Part shown: positions 1-12,833 of the stretch, piece by piece
Layout: each line of letters starts with the position of its first letter
How positions within the stretch are numbered: the stretch's first letter is position 1
Assembly: GCA_030324005.1 (NCBI GenBank)
Contig: JARDVH010000193.1
Location: 83,492,325 to 83,556,324 of the forward strand
Direction of reading: 5' to 3'
Origin: Negaprion brevirostris
Taxonomy: Eukaryota
Length of the DNA stretch: 64,000 bases
The notes under the pieces: model-generated
Database searches by the model: none
Told to the model about the DNA's origin: nothing
What the model saw: only the letters and a program-made list of their open reading frames with translations
Translations under genes and position numbers: made by a program

Positions 1-104
1 GACAGTCAGTGGGTGGCGACCAGGCGGACAGTCAGTGGGTGGCGACCAGGCGGACAGTCAGTGGGTGGCGACCAGGCAGACAGTCAGTGGGTGGCGACCA
101 GGTG
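1..104. repeat. 26-bp minisatellite, at least 4 units, truncated by window start
   Basis: Unit GACAGTCAGTGGGTGGCGACCAGGCG repeats directly at 1, 27, 53 and 79 with 1-base variants and no spacers. Confidence 0.95.
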
Positions 105-164
105 GATGTCAATCAGTCTTGTGGTACCCATTTGGATGGCTGCATGACATCACCAATATGGTCA

Positions 165-995
165 ATCTTTTTCTTCATTCATGGGACAAGGGCATCACGG
201 GTTGGCCATCACCTATTGCCCATCCCTACTTGCCCTTGTGGAGGTGGTGGTGAGCTGCCTTCTTGAATCACTGCAATTCATGTTCTGTGGGTTGACCCAT
301 AATGCCATTAGGGAGGGAATTCCAGGATTTTGTCCTAGCAACTATGAAAGAATGGTGATATATTTCCAAGTCAGGATGGTGAATAGCTTGGAGGGGAACT
401 TGCAGGGCATGTTCCCAAGTATCTGCTGCCCTTGTCCTTCTAGATGGAAGTGTGTTTGGAAGGTGCTGTCTCAGGATCTTTTGTGAATTGCTGCAGTGCA
501 TCTTGTAGGAATTACACACTGCTGCTACTGAGTGTTGGTGGTTAAGGGATTGAATGTTTGTAGATGTGGTGCCAATCAAGTGGGCTGCTTTATCCTGGAT
601 GATGTCAAGCTTCTTGAGTGTTGTTGGTGCTGCACCTGCCAGGCAAGTAGGGAGTATTCCATCACACTCCTGACTTGTGCCTTGTAGATGGTGGATAGGC
701 CCTGGGGAGTCAGGGAGTGAGTTACTCACTGCAGTATTCCTAGCTCTTGTAGCCATTGTGTTTTATGTCGTGAGTCCAGTTGAGCTTATGGTCAATGGTA
801 ACCCCAAGGATATTGACACCATTGAATACCAGAGGGTGCTGGTTAGAGTGACTCTTATTGGTGATATTCCTTGCCTGGCATTTGTGTGGCGTGAATGTTA
901 CTTGCCACTTGTCAGCCAAACCTGGATATTGTCCAGATCTTATTGCATTTGAACATAGACTGCTTCAGTATCGGAGGCGTTGTGAATGGTGCGAA
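165..995 (-). mobile_element. 3' portion of a CR1/L2-group LINE (here 'LINE-B'), decayed
   Basis: Minus ORF 268-756 contains 'AAPTTLKKLDIIQDKAAHLIG' and 'SFIVARTKSWNSLP' (RT C-terminus). Homologous to 43080-44150 and 55080-56280. Ends in a CCCATGAATGAA-type tail. Confidence 0.85.
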
Positions 996-2330
996 GGAAA
1001 TAATTGAAGTGATGGTCACTTCAATTCCTCCTTAGAATCTCCACCATTTTGGTGTGACTGCAGCCATTTTATTCACTGTCTGCAGGTCTGCGACCCTTGG
1101 AGGTAAATTATGAGAAGTCATGCCTCTCCTAGATTATAACAATTCCAAAGACCTCTGAAACATAATGCAACTATATATTTTACTGGATAAAAGTATTGTA
1201 TGATTGAGTACATATTTTTAACTTTGCTTCACCCAAAAAACAAAACATGTTGGTGAGCAACAATTCTGTCAAAACATCAGGATATTTTTGACATAGATGA
1301 AAAGAAGAGAAATGATTCATTAAATCGTCAAAGAACTATGCTGAAAAAATTAGTACATGGAAGGGAATCATTAATTGAAAATGAAAAAATATCTGAGACT
1401 CATTACTAAAAAGTGGGAAAATTCTAAACCAGGAGTGGGGAAGTTAAGTAGAAAGTGCAGAAATAGTTTTCTCTTAATTACCTAATCAATAGTCTTCATG
1501 TATCTGAATAGTCTACGAAAATGAAAGCTCAATTTAACTATTCTGCTCTAATGAGAACAACACCAACTTTTCTCATGGAGCAACTTAACGGAAGTTCCAC
1601 GTACTGTCATAAAATTATAAAAGTTGACAGGACTGACAGGCAGATGCAGAATTTTTTAATAGATTATACTTATGTAACCATTCTGGTGTTGAAGGTACTC
1701 TTCAGTGCGTTATTAAACCAATACAGACCTGAAGGTTCAAATTGCGTACTGACAGCATCCCTGGCACCAAACCTCAGCAAGAATCAGCACTCTCGAAATC
1801 AGGAGGCAAGACTATATAAAAGTTATTTTTTCATAAAAACTATTAAAACCTAAGTAAATACATAAGTTAAATTTTCAAATTACAGATCAAAACTGCAGTA
1901 ATATACTACACAATCTCACAAGTACACTAACCTTATGCTGAAAACTTCAAACTGCTTCTTCAACATGCTCACTGTCTTAACATGCTGGCCTCACTTCCTC
2001 AGAAAAACCCACCTTTAGTGTCTAATCATTGGCCAATCCAAACATACTGGAAATGTTTCCCTCGGCCTTCACATACCTGATTCTTATTGGGTAGGTTCTA
2101 GAAGCAGTTAAGCACGAGAACATGACACACCCTGAGCTCACAGGTTGCGGTCATGAACAGGATTAGCAGGATTAGTTTGTCCTATGTTGTTCTAGTGAAG
2201 CTCAACATAAAATTCAATGACAGCACTTTACCTTTCACTTTGGCACTTCACAACTTTCCAGACTTGTATTGAGTTTTCAACAATTTCTACTGTTCTCGTC
2301 GCTATGTTATTACAATTATATAAAGTCTCT

Positions 2331-2505
2331 GGACAGAATTTTCCGCACCTCACCCCATCCCTCGTCACATGTTTTGCGGCAGTGGAAGTGGCTTGCCATT
2401 GACCAAATGGGATTTCCCACTGTTAGCAACCTCCACCACCAGGGGAACTGCTGGTGGACTGTTGGTGTCAGTGGGACCAGAAGATTTTGCCAGAAAATTC
2501 CATCT
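2331..2505. mobile_element. Short Harbinger-type MITE
   Basis: Imperfect terminal inverted repeats GGACAGAATTTTCC ... GAAAATTCCATC, like the other MITE ends in the window. Confidence 0.5.
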
Positions 2506-2719
2506 ACAATATGGAGAATGTACAGAGAACATTTACAAGTTTGATACCAAAAATGTATGGGTATACTTATCAGGAATGAATTGACAGTGAAGCCTCTTTT
2601 CTCTCAAAGATATCTGATTGGTGACCTAATAGAAGATTTTCAAACTGAGAGGTATCTATAATGTGGGTACAGAGGGAATGTTTTTGCTTGTAGGGAAGCG
2701 GATAGCTAAAGGTTATCAA

Positions 2720-4525
2720 TATAAAATCTTTGGCATCCATCTGTCCCAGACAATGGACTGCCCCAAGGTGTATGACCGCTCTTGGATTGAACACTGCTTT
2801 GGCTGCAGAGGCGGATTTAGCTGTGGCAGTCCCTTCTGCAGCTGGCACAGATGAATGGCATTTGGTTCAAGATTAACTGATGTTTTTTCCTTCCAGCCAT
2901 CGTGTCATTTCTTTTGCCACCTGCTATGGCCATGGTGTTGCTGACTGTTTGCTCCAGGTACTTTGGTCAGGAGCAGGGACTTCCTGTGCATTGATTCTGA
3001 CCTGGTCAACTTGAAGTTTTGCTGACTGCAGTTCTTCTGTTGAAAATATGAATAACTTATTGGCCTCCAGCCGATAGCAAGTTTTCTGTAGATTTATCTT
3101 TGGGTTGTGCCTGTTATCCATTTGGTTCACAGGACTGAACCAGTAGAGTCACCCCTGACTCCAGAGAGCATAGGATCCCTGCACATTGCTGTGCTTCCAT
3201 ATCTCTAAAGGCTGATTGAAGGTCTTGGTGAGGCCAATGAAAGCAAAGTACAGTGGTTGGCACCATTTGTGACACTTCTGCAACTGTCAAAGTGAGAAAA
3301 ACAGGTCAACTGTTAATCTGCCAACTGTAAAGCTGTACTGAGACTCCAAGTAGATCTGTGATGCCAGGTTGTGTAATCTGGTCAGAATAATGTGAGCAAA
3401 GACCTTACACACTATTTAACAGGGAGATGCTTCAATAATTGCAGTCACTGAAATTCCCTTTATCTTTGTACAAGGTGACGATGTTTGCATCAAGCATGTC
3501 ATGAGGTACACATCTTTCCTTCCAGCAGAGGGACAAGAGTTTTCATGGCGTTGCTGTAGTCATGCTGGTTTTCCACATTGAATGATTTCAGGCAGAATGC
3601 CATTATCTCCTGGGATTTTATCACTGGCAAGATGGCCTTGTTGACTTCTACTATGGTGGGCTCACTGTCCAGCCCCTCCTTGACAAGGAATGAAGCTGAA
3701 AGTGGCAATATTCTCCTATAGTGCAGAGTTCAAGATAGTGCTTCAACCACCTTTCCAACCGCTTGCTAGGTTAAGTGATGACCATCCCTGTCTTTGTCTT
3801 CAAGGGGGCTGACTGGTTCCTGCTGGGTCTATTGCTCACTTGATTCCATCATACATTCCTTTAGCACTCCAAGATCCAACAACAGACTGCATGCTGTTGC
3901 AGAGTTTCAACCAGTATTAACTGATGAAGTACCAAGCAGTCTGCTGAGACTTGATCCTGACAGCTCTGAGAGGCATCCAGTTTGTTTGGGGACGAGATAG
4001 TAGTTCCTCTTGGTTGCATTTCACAGCAATAACATAAAGCCAGTCAACATTCCTCTTATCTCTTTCTCAGTATGTGGGAGGGCATAGTTGTAGGTGGTAT
4101 TGCACAGATGATCCCAATTTGACACTGCATTCTGGCTTTGGGCTTTCTTGAGTGAAAGAGACAGATTGAGGAAGTTGAGAAAGTCAGGTCCTTTCTGGGT
4201 CAGTGGTACACCAAGTGTTGATCAAAGAACAACCTTTTTTCTTGGAGTAGTATAGTTTTCTTGGCTGAAGCCTGGCCTTACTGCCTTACTGCACGCCAGG
4301 AGCAGCCAGTGTCACAGACACTGCTGTGCTAGCTATGAGTGATGAGAATACTGTCGAAGAATGTGTAGTGTTTCTCTTGAAGGGATCCAATTTGAGTGAG
4401 CCTGATTTTTTTTATAGCAATTCCTATGTTCAGTCTTGTAAGATATGATATATGATTGTCACTGAGAAATCCAATTGGAAATTCACTAGGAACTTTTGTT
4501 AAGTATGTGAAACCTGGTACCACAG
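2720..4525 (-). mobile_element. Decayed RTE-clade LINE (endonuclease to RT C-terminus, internally deleted)
   Basis: Minus translation gives 'RLTQIGSLQEKHYTFF' (APE domain, ~4360-4410) and 'DMLDANIVTLYKDKGNFSDCNY' (~3440-3500), matching the RTE motif DMRDANIVTLYKNKGDRSDCNNYRGISLL. Many stops and frameshifts. Confidence 0.8.
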
Positions 4526-4720
4526 GGAATGGTAGAAGTGAATAGTAGAGATGTATTTAAGGAAAATGTAGACAAGCATTTAAGGGAGAAGGGCATAAAT
4601 AGTTACAGTGATAGCATCAGATGAGAAAAGATAGGAAAGGGTTTAAATAGAACATAAACTGCCATAGATTGATTGTGGCAAATGACCTCTCTCTATTTAT
4701 GCCACATATTCTTATGTAAT
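4525..4720 (+). mobile_element. CR1 LINE 3' end fragment
   Basis: GTATTTAAGGAAAATGTAGACAAGCAT...AGGGAGAAGGG resembles the CR1 ORF2 end (FK..LD.H) and 3'UTR. Confidence 0.55.
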
Positions 4721-4789
4721 CCCAGATCATAACAACTGTCTGTAATGAGCTATCTTTATGGTTCTTTACAGTTGCAATACCATGTACTT

Positions 4790-5050
4790 TTGACTTGCAC
4801 AATCATCCCTTTTGTCACTTAATCTCTCCTGCTTTCCATCACAGACCCCCCCCTTTAGCTTTTCCTCTCCTTCACTGTTCCCAACATTTTCCTACCTCAC
4901 AATACACCAAAAACCTATTACACCTCAATCTTTTGTTAGTCCTGATGAAAGATTATTGACTTGAATTTTTTTCTTTCTCCACCAATGTCTACTGACCTGT
5001 TGAGTACTTCCAGTAATTTTTGTTTTATTTCAGATATCCAATATCCACAC
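4790..5050 (+). mobile_element. Penelope-like element terminal remnant
   Basis: CCTGATGAAAG hammerhead-like core followed by TGACCTGTTGAGTACTTCCAG...TTTTATTTCAGAT. The same motif occurs at 14395-14490 and 53673-53750. Confidence 0.55.
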
Positions 5051-5394
5051 TTTTTTTAGAAGTAGAGGGTAGATGAGTTTATAAAAAAATTAAACTAAAT
5101 GAAATCTAAAGGTCACAACCATTGTGGTAGGATTTGAAATCATGTCCCCTGATGGCTAGTCCTGTGTGATAGTCACAATGTCACTGTCTCCCAGCAAGTG
5201 GAAAACGCAAGTTAAACTATTTTGTGCAACATACTTGATCATACCTCAGTAGAAGGAGGAAAATAGCAAAAAATGGCCCAGGATGTCAGTCTCAATGTTT
5301 GTGGCACCTCTGACAGTCTGCATCACAACCTGAATGTCTATGTAAATTGGAAGAGATTTCAGAGTCTCCAAACCACAAATAGGTTTCTTAAAAT

Positions 5395-5778
5395 GTATTC
5401 ATTCATGGGGTGTGGACATCATTGGCAAGGCCGATTTTCCTTGAACTGCCCCTTGACTTGCAAGGTCATTTCCAAGGGCAGTTAAAAGTTAACCACATTA
5501 TTGTGGGCTTGGGCTTGGAGTGGCACATAGGCCAGACCAGGTAAGGATGGTAGATTTCCTTCCCTAAAGGACATTAGTCAACCAGATGGAACTTTACGAC
5601 AATCAATGTTAGTTTCATGGTCGCTATTACTGAGACTGCTTTTCTATTCCTGATTTTATTAATTGAATTTAAATTCCACCAGCTGCTATGGTGGGATTTG
5701 AACTCATGCTCACAGAGGATTAGCCTGGACCTCTGAATTACACATCCAGCGACATTAACACCACTCTACCATCTCCTC
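5395..5778 (-). mobile_element. tRNA-headed SINE ('SINE-B') sharing its 3' tail with LINE-B
   Basis: Minus strand has a B-box-like GAGTTCAAATCCCACC, body TCCTTTAGGGAAGGAAATCT and tail CCCCATGAATGAAT. Homologous to 34752-35075, 38335-38553 and 63598-63940. Confidence 0.8.
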
Positions 5779-6572
5779 AGTATCGTATGAATCACTGTAA
5801 ATTCCTCAGAGATAATCATGATTTCTCCATCTTGTCAGGATCTGTATTCCCTCCATTGTTTGAAGAGGTGATGGTGTGTATCTTGACTCTAGGGTTGCAG
5901 GGCCTAGCCAAGGCCCATAGTTCATGCCAGAATTCCCTAACTCTTATGCAACAGCAATGTGAATATAAGGCCCATGCTGCCACCAGGGTTGAAATGAAAC
6001 ACACAAGTTGCTCTGTCCTTAAGGAACAGCAGCAATGATTGTCATCATCAGCAGCAAACTTGAAAAAAGCAAGATCTGAGCTGTAGAGAATCAATAAACG
6101 TAGGGAGCTTTAGGCACCACAAATTAATATATCAGTGGAGCATTGGAGACCAGTGAAGCGGTGAATGAATAAATTAAGAGTAGAGAGCACCAGTGATTTA
6201 ATGAATCAGTGGGAATACAAACAAGTTAATATAATAAAGTAACACACACTAACAAATCAGAAAATTAATGAAGCTCCACACACCAGTGAATTAATAAATT
6301 TATGCATTAGTGAGCACTGCAGCAACTCTCCAGCAGGCACTGGTAATTAATAATCCTTATCTTTGTTGCTGCCTCAAGGCCTGAAGGCCATTAGCTGAGT
6401 TTTGCTGATTTCGCCATCAGTTTGAATTTCATTGTTTTTAAGTGTTTATAATTTAAAGTAAGAGTCTTTAACGTTTGAACTAAAAAGTTAGTATTGCTGA
6501 AAAAGGACAGATGCCACCAAAGATTTTCATCCTGAACTCAGCAGGACAGCTTGCAAGAAATACCATAAGTAG

Positions 6573-6650
6573 AAAGAACATAAGAACATAAGAAATAGGA
6601 GCAGGAGTAGGCCATCTAGCCCTTCGAGCCTGCCCTGCCATTCAATAAGA
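6573..6650 (-). mobile_element. CR1 LINE 3' terminus running into an N-gap
   Basis: (AAGAACAT)n 8-bp tail plus AGGAGCAGGAGTAGGCCAT...CCCTTCGAGCCTGC, the reverse complement of a CR1 3' end. Confidence 0.8.
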
Positions 6651-6973
6651 NNNNNNNNNNNNNNNNNNNNNNNNNNNNNNNNNNNNNNNNNNNNNNNNNN
6701 NNNNNNNNNNNNNNNNNNNNNNNNNNNNNNNNNNNNNNNNNNNNNNNNNNTTGTCCACAATCAGTCCCTCCAGTCTGTCGAGCACCGCCTCTCTAGTAAC
6801 AATAATGTCATTGAGACCCTCCAGTCCATCTTTCCATCACTAACGCCCGGCAAATTATTCACAACAATTTATACTGTATAAGAAAGTACTACTAATTGGT
6901 TAGCAAGGAATTCAATTGGTAGAGGTATTTCCACAGAGAATGCAACAAGGAACTGTTAACTACCAAACATTAG

Positions 6974-7108
6974 GGCTGAAATTCTCTGGCCGTTCATGTC
7001 CTGTTGCCACTATCAGCAAGAACGGAAAACTTGGCGCTCAGCCAAATCTCAGTTCACTGCAGCTGGACCAGAGAATCCCAGCTGTGGGTGAGGTCAGAGA
7101 ATCTGACC
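6974..7108. mobile_element. Short Harbinger-type MITE (~135 bp)
   Basis: TIR-like GGCTGAAATTCTCT / AGAGAATCTGACC. Internal CTCAGCCAAATCTC is shared, inverted, with 48420-48550. Confidence 0.6.
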
Positions 7109-7552
7109 ATTGTGCAAATTCATATCAGGTTGACTCTGATTGCCCGCAGCAAAGCCTTGACCAATGACCCAGGAAATGGCTGTCCCACCTGCTTTTGTTC
7201 TATTGAAAAAGACACAATAATGTGTGGACATGCTCCTTCTGTCTGCAAAGGACAAGGCTCTGTGTGTGAAGATATGTGACTTCAAGCATGCATAAATGAG
7301 CCACACTGTGAGCCTGACTGGTGATCTTAAAAAAAAGTAAGATTTTTGTTTGCTAAGGCAAGAGTGAGCTACAAAGTTAATACAATAAATTGGAGGATTT
7401 TCTGTTTAAACATTCTGTAAAAACTTATAACTCTCAGGGACAGAAAGAAGGATAATGGAGGTAAAGTTTGAAGGGCTAAGGCTGGGGCCTGAAGTCATTG
7501 TGATCTAATGGTTAGAGATTACAATGTGATGTCCATGAGACCCAAGATAACA

Positions 7553-8623
7553 GGTGGAATTTTCTGAGAAAAATTCTGTGTCCAGCTAGTGTGAAAAGGA
7601 GAGAATTACAGATCCATTTTGGCTGAGTTTTTACACCCAATCTTGTGTATATAGTGCATTAAAAAATAGGTTAGACTGTTTCTAGCTACAATAGGCAGGT
7701 TAATTCACCAGCCAGCAGCAAAGGGAGCTATTGTACATATGCAGACCTCTGTGGCTGCACATGCTTAATTCAACAGCAGAGGGCTGACAGAGAGAGAGAC
7801 AGAGAGAGAGAGAGACAGAGGGAGAGAGCTGTCAGGCACCTACTGCTGGAACCAGTCTCAACCAATCCCCCCTTTGCAATCGTGGGGGCCCACAGCTGAT
7901 CGCGAGCCCCACACTGCCTGAAAATTTAGCGCCCACCACTCCACACCACCTGAACTGAGTACACCCTCCTCCCCACCACCTATCATAGGCAGGGCAGCAG
8001 CACAGCGCCCCTTCCTACCCCCACCGATCACAACTGCAGAGTGCACAGTTCTCCCCACCTCCCTCGCCGATCGGGCCACCCAGGCCTGGCCCCATCCCCA
8101 TGCTCTGTTCAGGCTCTGCCCTCTTAGGCTCTGCCCTCTTCCAGGTCCCACCCCCATACCACACTCAGGCCATGCCCCCATAGGCCCAGTGTGCAGTGCC
8201 AAAGTGCCCAATGGACATTGCCGAGCTGCCACACTGCTGCCCAAGTGGAATGCCCCCTTTCTTTCGGCCTCACTGGGGGTCTCAATGGTTTTTGGTTTTA
8301 CTGGTGAGGCTACCTGTTCATGGGGAGCAGGTGTTTTCCTTGTCGGAGAGAACATCTCTCGGAGATGCCATAAAGGCAAATGAGCTCAGACAATTGAGCA
8401 CCAGGCTCACTAAAGACATGCTAATGAACATTTATATATATTTGAGTAAACTATTCAGCCTCTCACTGGAAATGGGTGAGATGCTGACCTCGCTGAAGAT
8501 TGTGTTCTGGTAAAGTCGCGATAGCCGAGGAAACAGGTGTGAACCTGATTTCTTGGCTCTCACACAATTTTACCAGCTTTATCTGCACATCATTTGGCAG
8601 GGTGAACCAGCAAAATACTGCCC
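7553..8623. mobile_element. Large GC-rich Harbinger-type non-autonomous element
   Basis: Ends GGTGGAATTTTC ... AAAATACTGCCC. C-rich interior with a GA microsatellite at 7788-7828. Related to 52708-53545. Confidence 0.55.
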
Positions 8624-8661
8624 ACCAGGTTTGAAGCCAGTACAATGTCACCACAGAAATC

Positions 8662-9771
8662 TGGGCTGCTATTCTCCTATCCCTGCCTGCCACTTTTCTG
8701 GTGGGCCCGACCGGGATACACGCATTTGTGGCCTTTTACAGAGATTTGCACATGCGTGGGGAATGCATGGGCATTTCCCAGAATCGGTGAACAGTTGCTG
8801 GTCAGACCATGCTGGAAACCAGCCAGAAGGCAGGTAGGTAATTTAAATTTTTTAAAATCTAGTTTAAATATGTATCTTTGCTAATTATCAGGATATTTCA
8901 AGTTCCAATCGAATCTCCCACTCCACCAGGAGTACTTCATTCTGGCAGGGTTCAAACTTGTTCCCCACGTTTGAGGGAGAACCTGCCGGAAAGAAGGGGG
9001 GGTGGCCCTCGGGGAGGTTGTGCGGTGAGGGGGGTGCCCCCTGGGCATGGGCACCCTGGCAGTGCCAGCCTGTGCCCTCTGGCACTGCTCAAGGGGCAAA
9101 GTGACCATGCCCAGAAGGCACCTTGGCACTGCCCACCCAGGCATTGGCCAGTGCCAAGGGGGGGGTGCCTATTGTCGGTAGGGCCTAGGTGTGGTTGTTT
9201 GGGTGGGGAGGTCCCACTGCCATTCTGCATTGGGATCGGTCTGCATTGGGATGGAGGGAGGGCAGTGATTGGGGTGGGCTGAGAGGGAGTNNNNNNNNNN
9301 NNNNNNNNNNNNNNNNNNNNAGTGGTGGGGGGGGGGGGGTATGTGCTGGGGTGAGAAGGGTGGTGAGATCATCAGTGCTGGGGGGGTGGGGCCTGGGCAT
9401 TGGGGTGCTCTGGTACAGTGGGGTGGGGTGTCGGGGCTGGAGGAGGTAAGGGCTGGCCCAGGAATTGTTGTGGGGGCAATGGTCGGGCCATGGGGGTGAC
9501 TGGAGAGGTGGCAGTGCAGTGTCCTGGGCGAGCCAGTGATCGAGCTGGCCAGCAAACAGGAGTCTAATAGATCTGGACAACTGCGCATGCGCAGATTTTC
9601 AGAACTGTCAAACTGGCACCAAAAGACCCTGTTCCCCCTGGGTTTTTAAAGAGATTCATGACTGGGACCTCCTTGGTGTACAGAGTCTGGAGATTCAGGT
9701 GAGAGGCTGAACTGACAGAACAGTCGGGATTTAGAACCCACCAATACAGCACTTTTGGGAGAATCACGGTC
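8662..9771. mobile_element. Large GC-rich Harbinger-type non-autonomous element
   Basis: TIR-like GGCTGCTATTCTCC / GGAGAATCACGGTC. G-rich interior with TGGCAGTGCC/GGCACTGCC repeats and the palindrome TGCGCATGCGCA. Confidence 0.6.
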
Positions 9772-10139
9772 ATGGTTTCTGATAGTTGGCTAGTCAAAGC
9801 AATAGGGCAGCTATGGAGCTGGTAGAACGGAACTCAAGGTTCAAAGTTGAGTAACAAAAAATGGGCTGGCTAAGTTAAAAGACCTGACACTGGACCAAAG
9901 GGTGATCGTTGATACATTTGTTAGGTGAAAACCTAGAAACTAGGTTTGAAATATTTAACCAAGCAGAAAAATAGCTGAAATACTGGTTTAAATAAAATTA
10001 CATTTGGTCTGTCCATACCTTCGTCTCTGGTGGGAAGCCTACTCATGTGTCCAGGGAAGAGTCTGATTCAGAAAGTAAGGTTATATGAATAGATTAGTTG
10101 ACATGTTTATGCATGATGAATAGTATGTAAAGTTTGAAT

Positions 10140-10410
10140 ATGCTGAAAACATTTTTTCAAGTATTTTCATCTTGCACACACCAGGATAATCTTCAAGAAT
10201 ACCAATGTCAGGGGAACAATACATTTATACTGTATGAAAGAAGAGTACTGACTGGTTGACAAGTGACTGGTAGAGGCATTGCCTTGGAGAATGCACAATT
10301 GAATAGTGAGTTATACTTAACTGCCAAGCATTGTTTGAAATTTAAATTGAATTTGCTTGGTTAAGGCATTGGCCTGAGAAATGAACCAGCGAATGACTGA
10401 TACTTATTTT
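10140..10410 (-). mobile_element. Penelope-associated repeat
   Basis: Homologous to 6850-6965 and 54900-55078 (GATTGGTAGAGGCATTGCC..GGAGAATGCA). Degenerate hammerhead on minus near 10160-10188. Confidence 0.5.
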
Positions 10411-11260
10411 NNNNNNNNNNNNNNNNNNNNNNNNNNNNNNNNNNNNNNNNNNNNNNNNNNNNNNNNNNNNNNNNNNNNNNNNNNNNNNNNNNNNNNNNNN
10501 NNNNNNNNNNNNNNNNNNNNNNNNNNNNNNNNNNNNNNNNNNNNNNNNNNNNNNNNNNNNNNNNNNNNNNNNNNNNNNNNNNNNNNNNNNNNNNNNNNNN
10601 NNNNNNNNNNNNNNNNNNNNNNNNNNNNNNNNNNNNNNNNNNNNNNNNNNNNNNNNNNNNNNNNNNNNNNNNNNNNNNNNNNNNNNNNNNNNNNNNNNNN
10701 NNNNNNNNNNNNNNNNNNNNNNNNNNNNNNNNNNNNNNNNNNNNNNNNNNNNNNNNNNNNNNNNNNNNNNNNNNNNNNNNNNNNNNNNNNNNNNNNNNNN
10801 NNNNNNNNNNNNNNNNNNNNNNNNNNNNNNNNNNNNNNNNNNNNNNNNNNNNNNNNNNNNNNNNNNNNNNNNNNNNNNNNNNNNNNNNNNNNNNNNNNNN
10901 NNNNNNNNNNNNNNNNNNNNNNNNNNNNNNNNNNNNNNNNNNNNNNNNNNNNNNNNNNNNNNNNNNNNNNNNNNNNNNNNNNNNNNNNNNNNNNNNNNNN
11001 NNNNNNNNNNNNNNNNNNNNNNNNNNNNNNNNNNNNNNNNNNNNNNNNNNNNNNNNNNNNNNNNNNNNNNNNNNNNNNNNNNNNNNNNNNNNNNNNNNNN
11101 NNNNNNNNNNNNNNNNNNNNNNNNNNNNNNNNNNNNNNNNNNNNNNNNNNNNNNNNNNNNNNNNNNNNNNNNNNNNNNNNNNNNNNNNNNNNNNNNNNNN
11201 NNNNNNNNNNNNNNNNNNNNNNNNNNNNNNNNNNNNNNNNNNNNNNNNNNNNNNNNNNNG

Positions 11261-11322
11261 CAAGAAACAATACTTTTCACTGTATACTAATACATATGAC
11301 AATAATAAATCAAATCAAACAT
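11261..11322 (+). mobile_element. Rex1/Babar LINE 3' tail following a large N-gap
   Basis: CAAGAAACAATACTTTTCACTGT...TGACAATAATAAATCAAATCAAA matches the reverse-complemented end of the 13420-13895 element. Confidence 0.65.
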
Positions 11323-12551
11323 TGAGGATTAGCAATCCTGGAATTACATTTCATGAATTTGGAGATGGCTGTATTTAGAAACAATGTAATTGTGCTGTGT
11401 CAGTAAACTGCAAATTTTCCTGATGAGTGCTTCAACAAATATGTCTTTTTTCAGCAATATTCAAGCTCTGTATTACCAAACAAATATGGATATAAAATTC
11501 ATTTACCTCTTGTCTAACACCCCTTGTAGATTTACACATTAATAGGTTAAATCTGGTGGTTAAAAAAAAATTGTGTACACACTTCATTCAGTGTCAAGGT
11601 CAAAAATTGATGAGGTGTGATGAACATACTCAGATTACAAACGTTCTTAAACAGACACTTTGGAAAAATACCTTCAGGCAGTGTGGTATAGCATAACATT
11701 TGCTGAGCAGTTTCACCCACAGTTAACCTACAATGTAACATTTAAATACAACCTCTGGTTTTGTCACTGTTGTTTAAATGGTTGAGTGACAGATAGGACC
11801 TCTTTCTGCATTGATAGTGGAACAAAGAGAGTAAGAGTCATAAATACATTTTACAGATAAATTGACCATCACGCCTCGCCACATCTCTTCACAGTATTTT
11901 GTGTCACTGTCGACAACTGATGTATTTAACATGTCAGGCCATCAGCAAGAGGCCACCTTGCTCAGACAAGCCACCAGGAGCTGATCTGCAATCACTCAAA
12001 AATGTAAAAGAGGCTGATTTGGAATCATAATTACATTAATTCCAAGGAGTCTGGAATTCCCGTGGTCATTGCCTGATGAGGAGTATTTAAAGTGCAGGTG
12101 GCAATAAATATGATAAAAAAGAATATTGGGAGAAATTAGAAAATCTCAGCACGGGACTGTCAAGCCCAATTTTTGAGGAATGGTATTCTTCAACTGAGTG
12201 ACAGTGGTTCTTTCTACNNNNCAACTCCTCCTTCCAATGATGGTATTCATCTCAAGCTCCTGCATAATCAACACTTGACCTGTCGCTTCACAGGACCAGA
12301 GCAACAGATAAAATGCCAGGATAATTTGGAGCGATCAGTCAAAGCTGTCACTTTAAAGACCAGAGGGATTGCTGTTGGTTTGAGGAGGGCGGGGTTGTAT
12401 TTTTTTGCTGTGTCAATGAAAAAAAATGCATGCCTCTGCATACACGGGTTGGATTACAGATAACTTAGACGTGTTGATAGTTTCCTCACATAGACCATTA
12501 CACAACTGTATCGGAATACAGTTATCTCTAAATTTAGGGACTGTCCCATGT

Positions 12552-12833
12552 GGATGGCATGGTGGCACAGTGGTTAGCATTGCTACCTCACAGTACTAGG
12601 GACCGGGGCTCAATTCTGGCCTTGGGTGACTGTGTGTGGAGTTTACATGTTCTTCCTGCCTCTATGTAGGTTTGCACTGGTTTCATCCTGCAGTCCAAAA
12701 ATGTACAGGTTAGGTGGATTAGCCATGAGCAATGCATGGAGTTACGGGGCTAGGAGTGAGCATAGGAGAGTGATTTTTTTGAAAGGTTAGTACAGACTTG
12801 ATGGGCTAATGGCCTGCTTCTACTCTGTATGGA
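12552..12833 (+). mobile_element. HE1-type V-SINE
   Basis: tRNA-like head GGTGGCACAGTGGTTAGC, V-domain GTGTGGAGTTTACATGTTCT, CR1-like tail GACTTGATGGGCT. Confidence 0.9.

Larger units (their letters stand above)
6485..7330 (-). mobile_element. Penelope-associated repeat, interrupted by a CR1 3' end/gap and a MITE
   Basis: Segments 6485-6570, 6850-6965 and 7110-7330 align with the repeat at 10140-10410 and 54900-56375. Degenerate hammerhead CTGCTGA..GAAA on minus near 6520-6548. Confidence 0.5.

Noticed and set aside
1-104. CRISPR-like repeat array
   Set aside because: Units are contiguous with no unique spacers, the context is vertebrate and there are no cas genes. It is a minisatellite.
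1521-1853. 110-aa ATG ORF
   Set aside because: No recognisable motifs and AT-rich composition consistent with chance.
10342-11325. Long ORFs of about 300 aa (also 21912-23124 and other X-rich ORFs)
   Set aside because: Artefacts of N-gaps that contain no stop codons.
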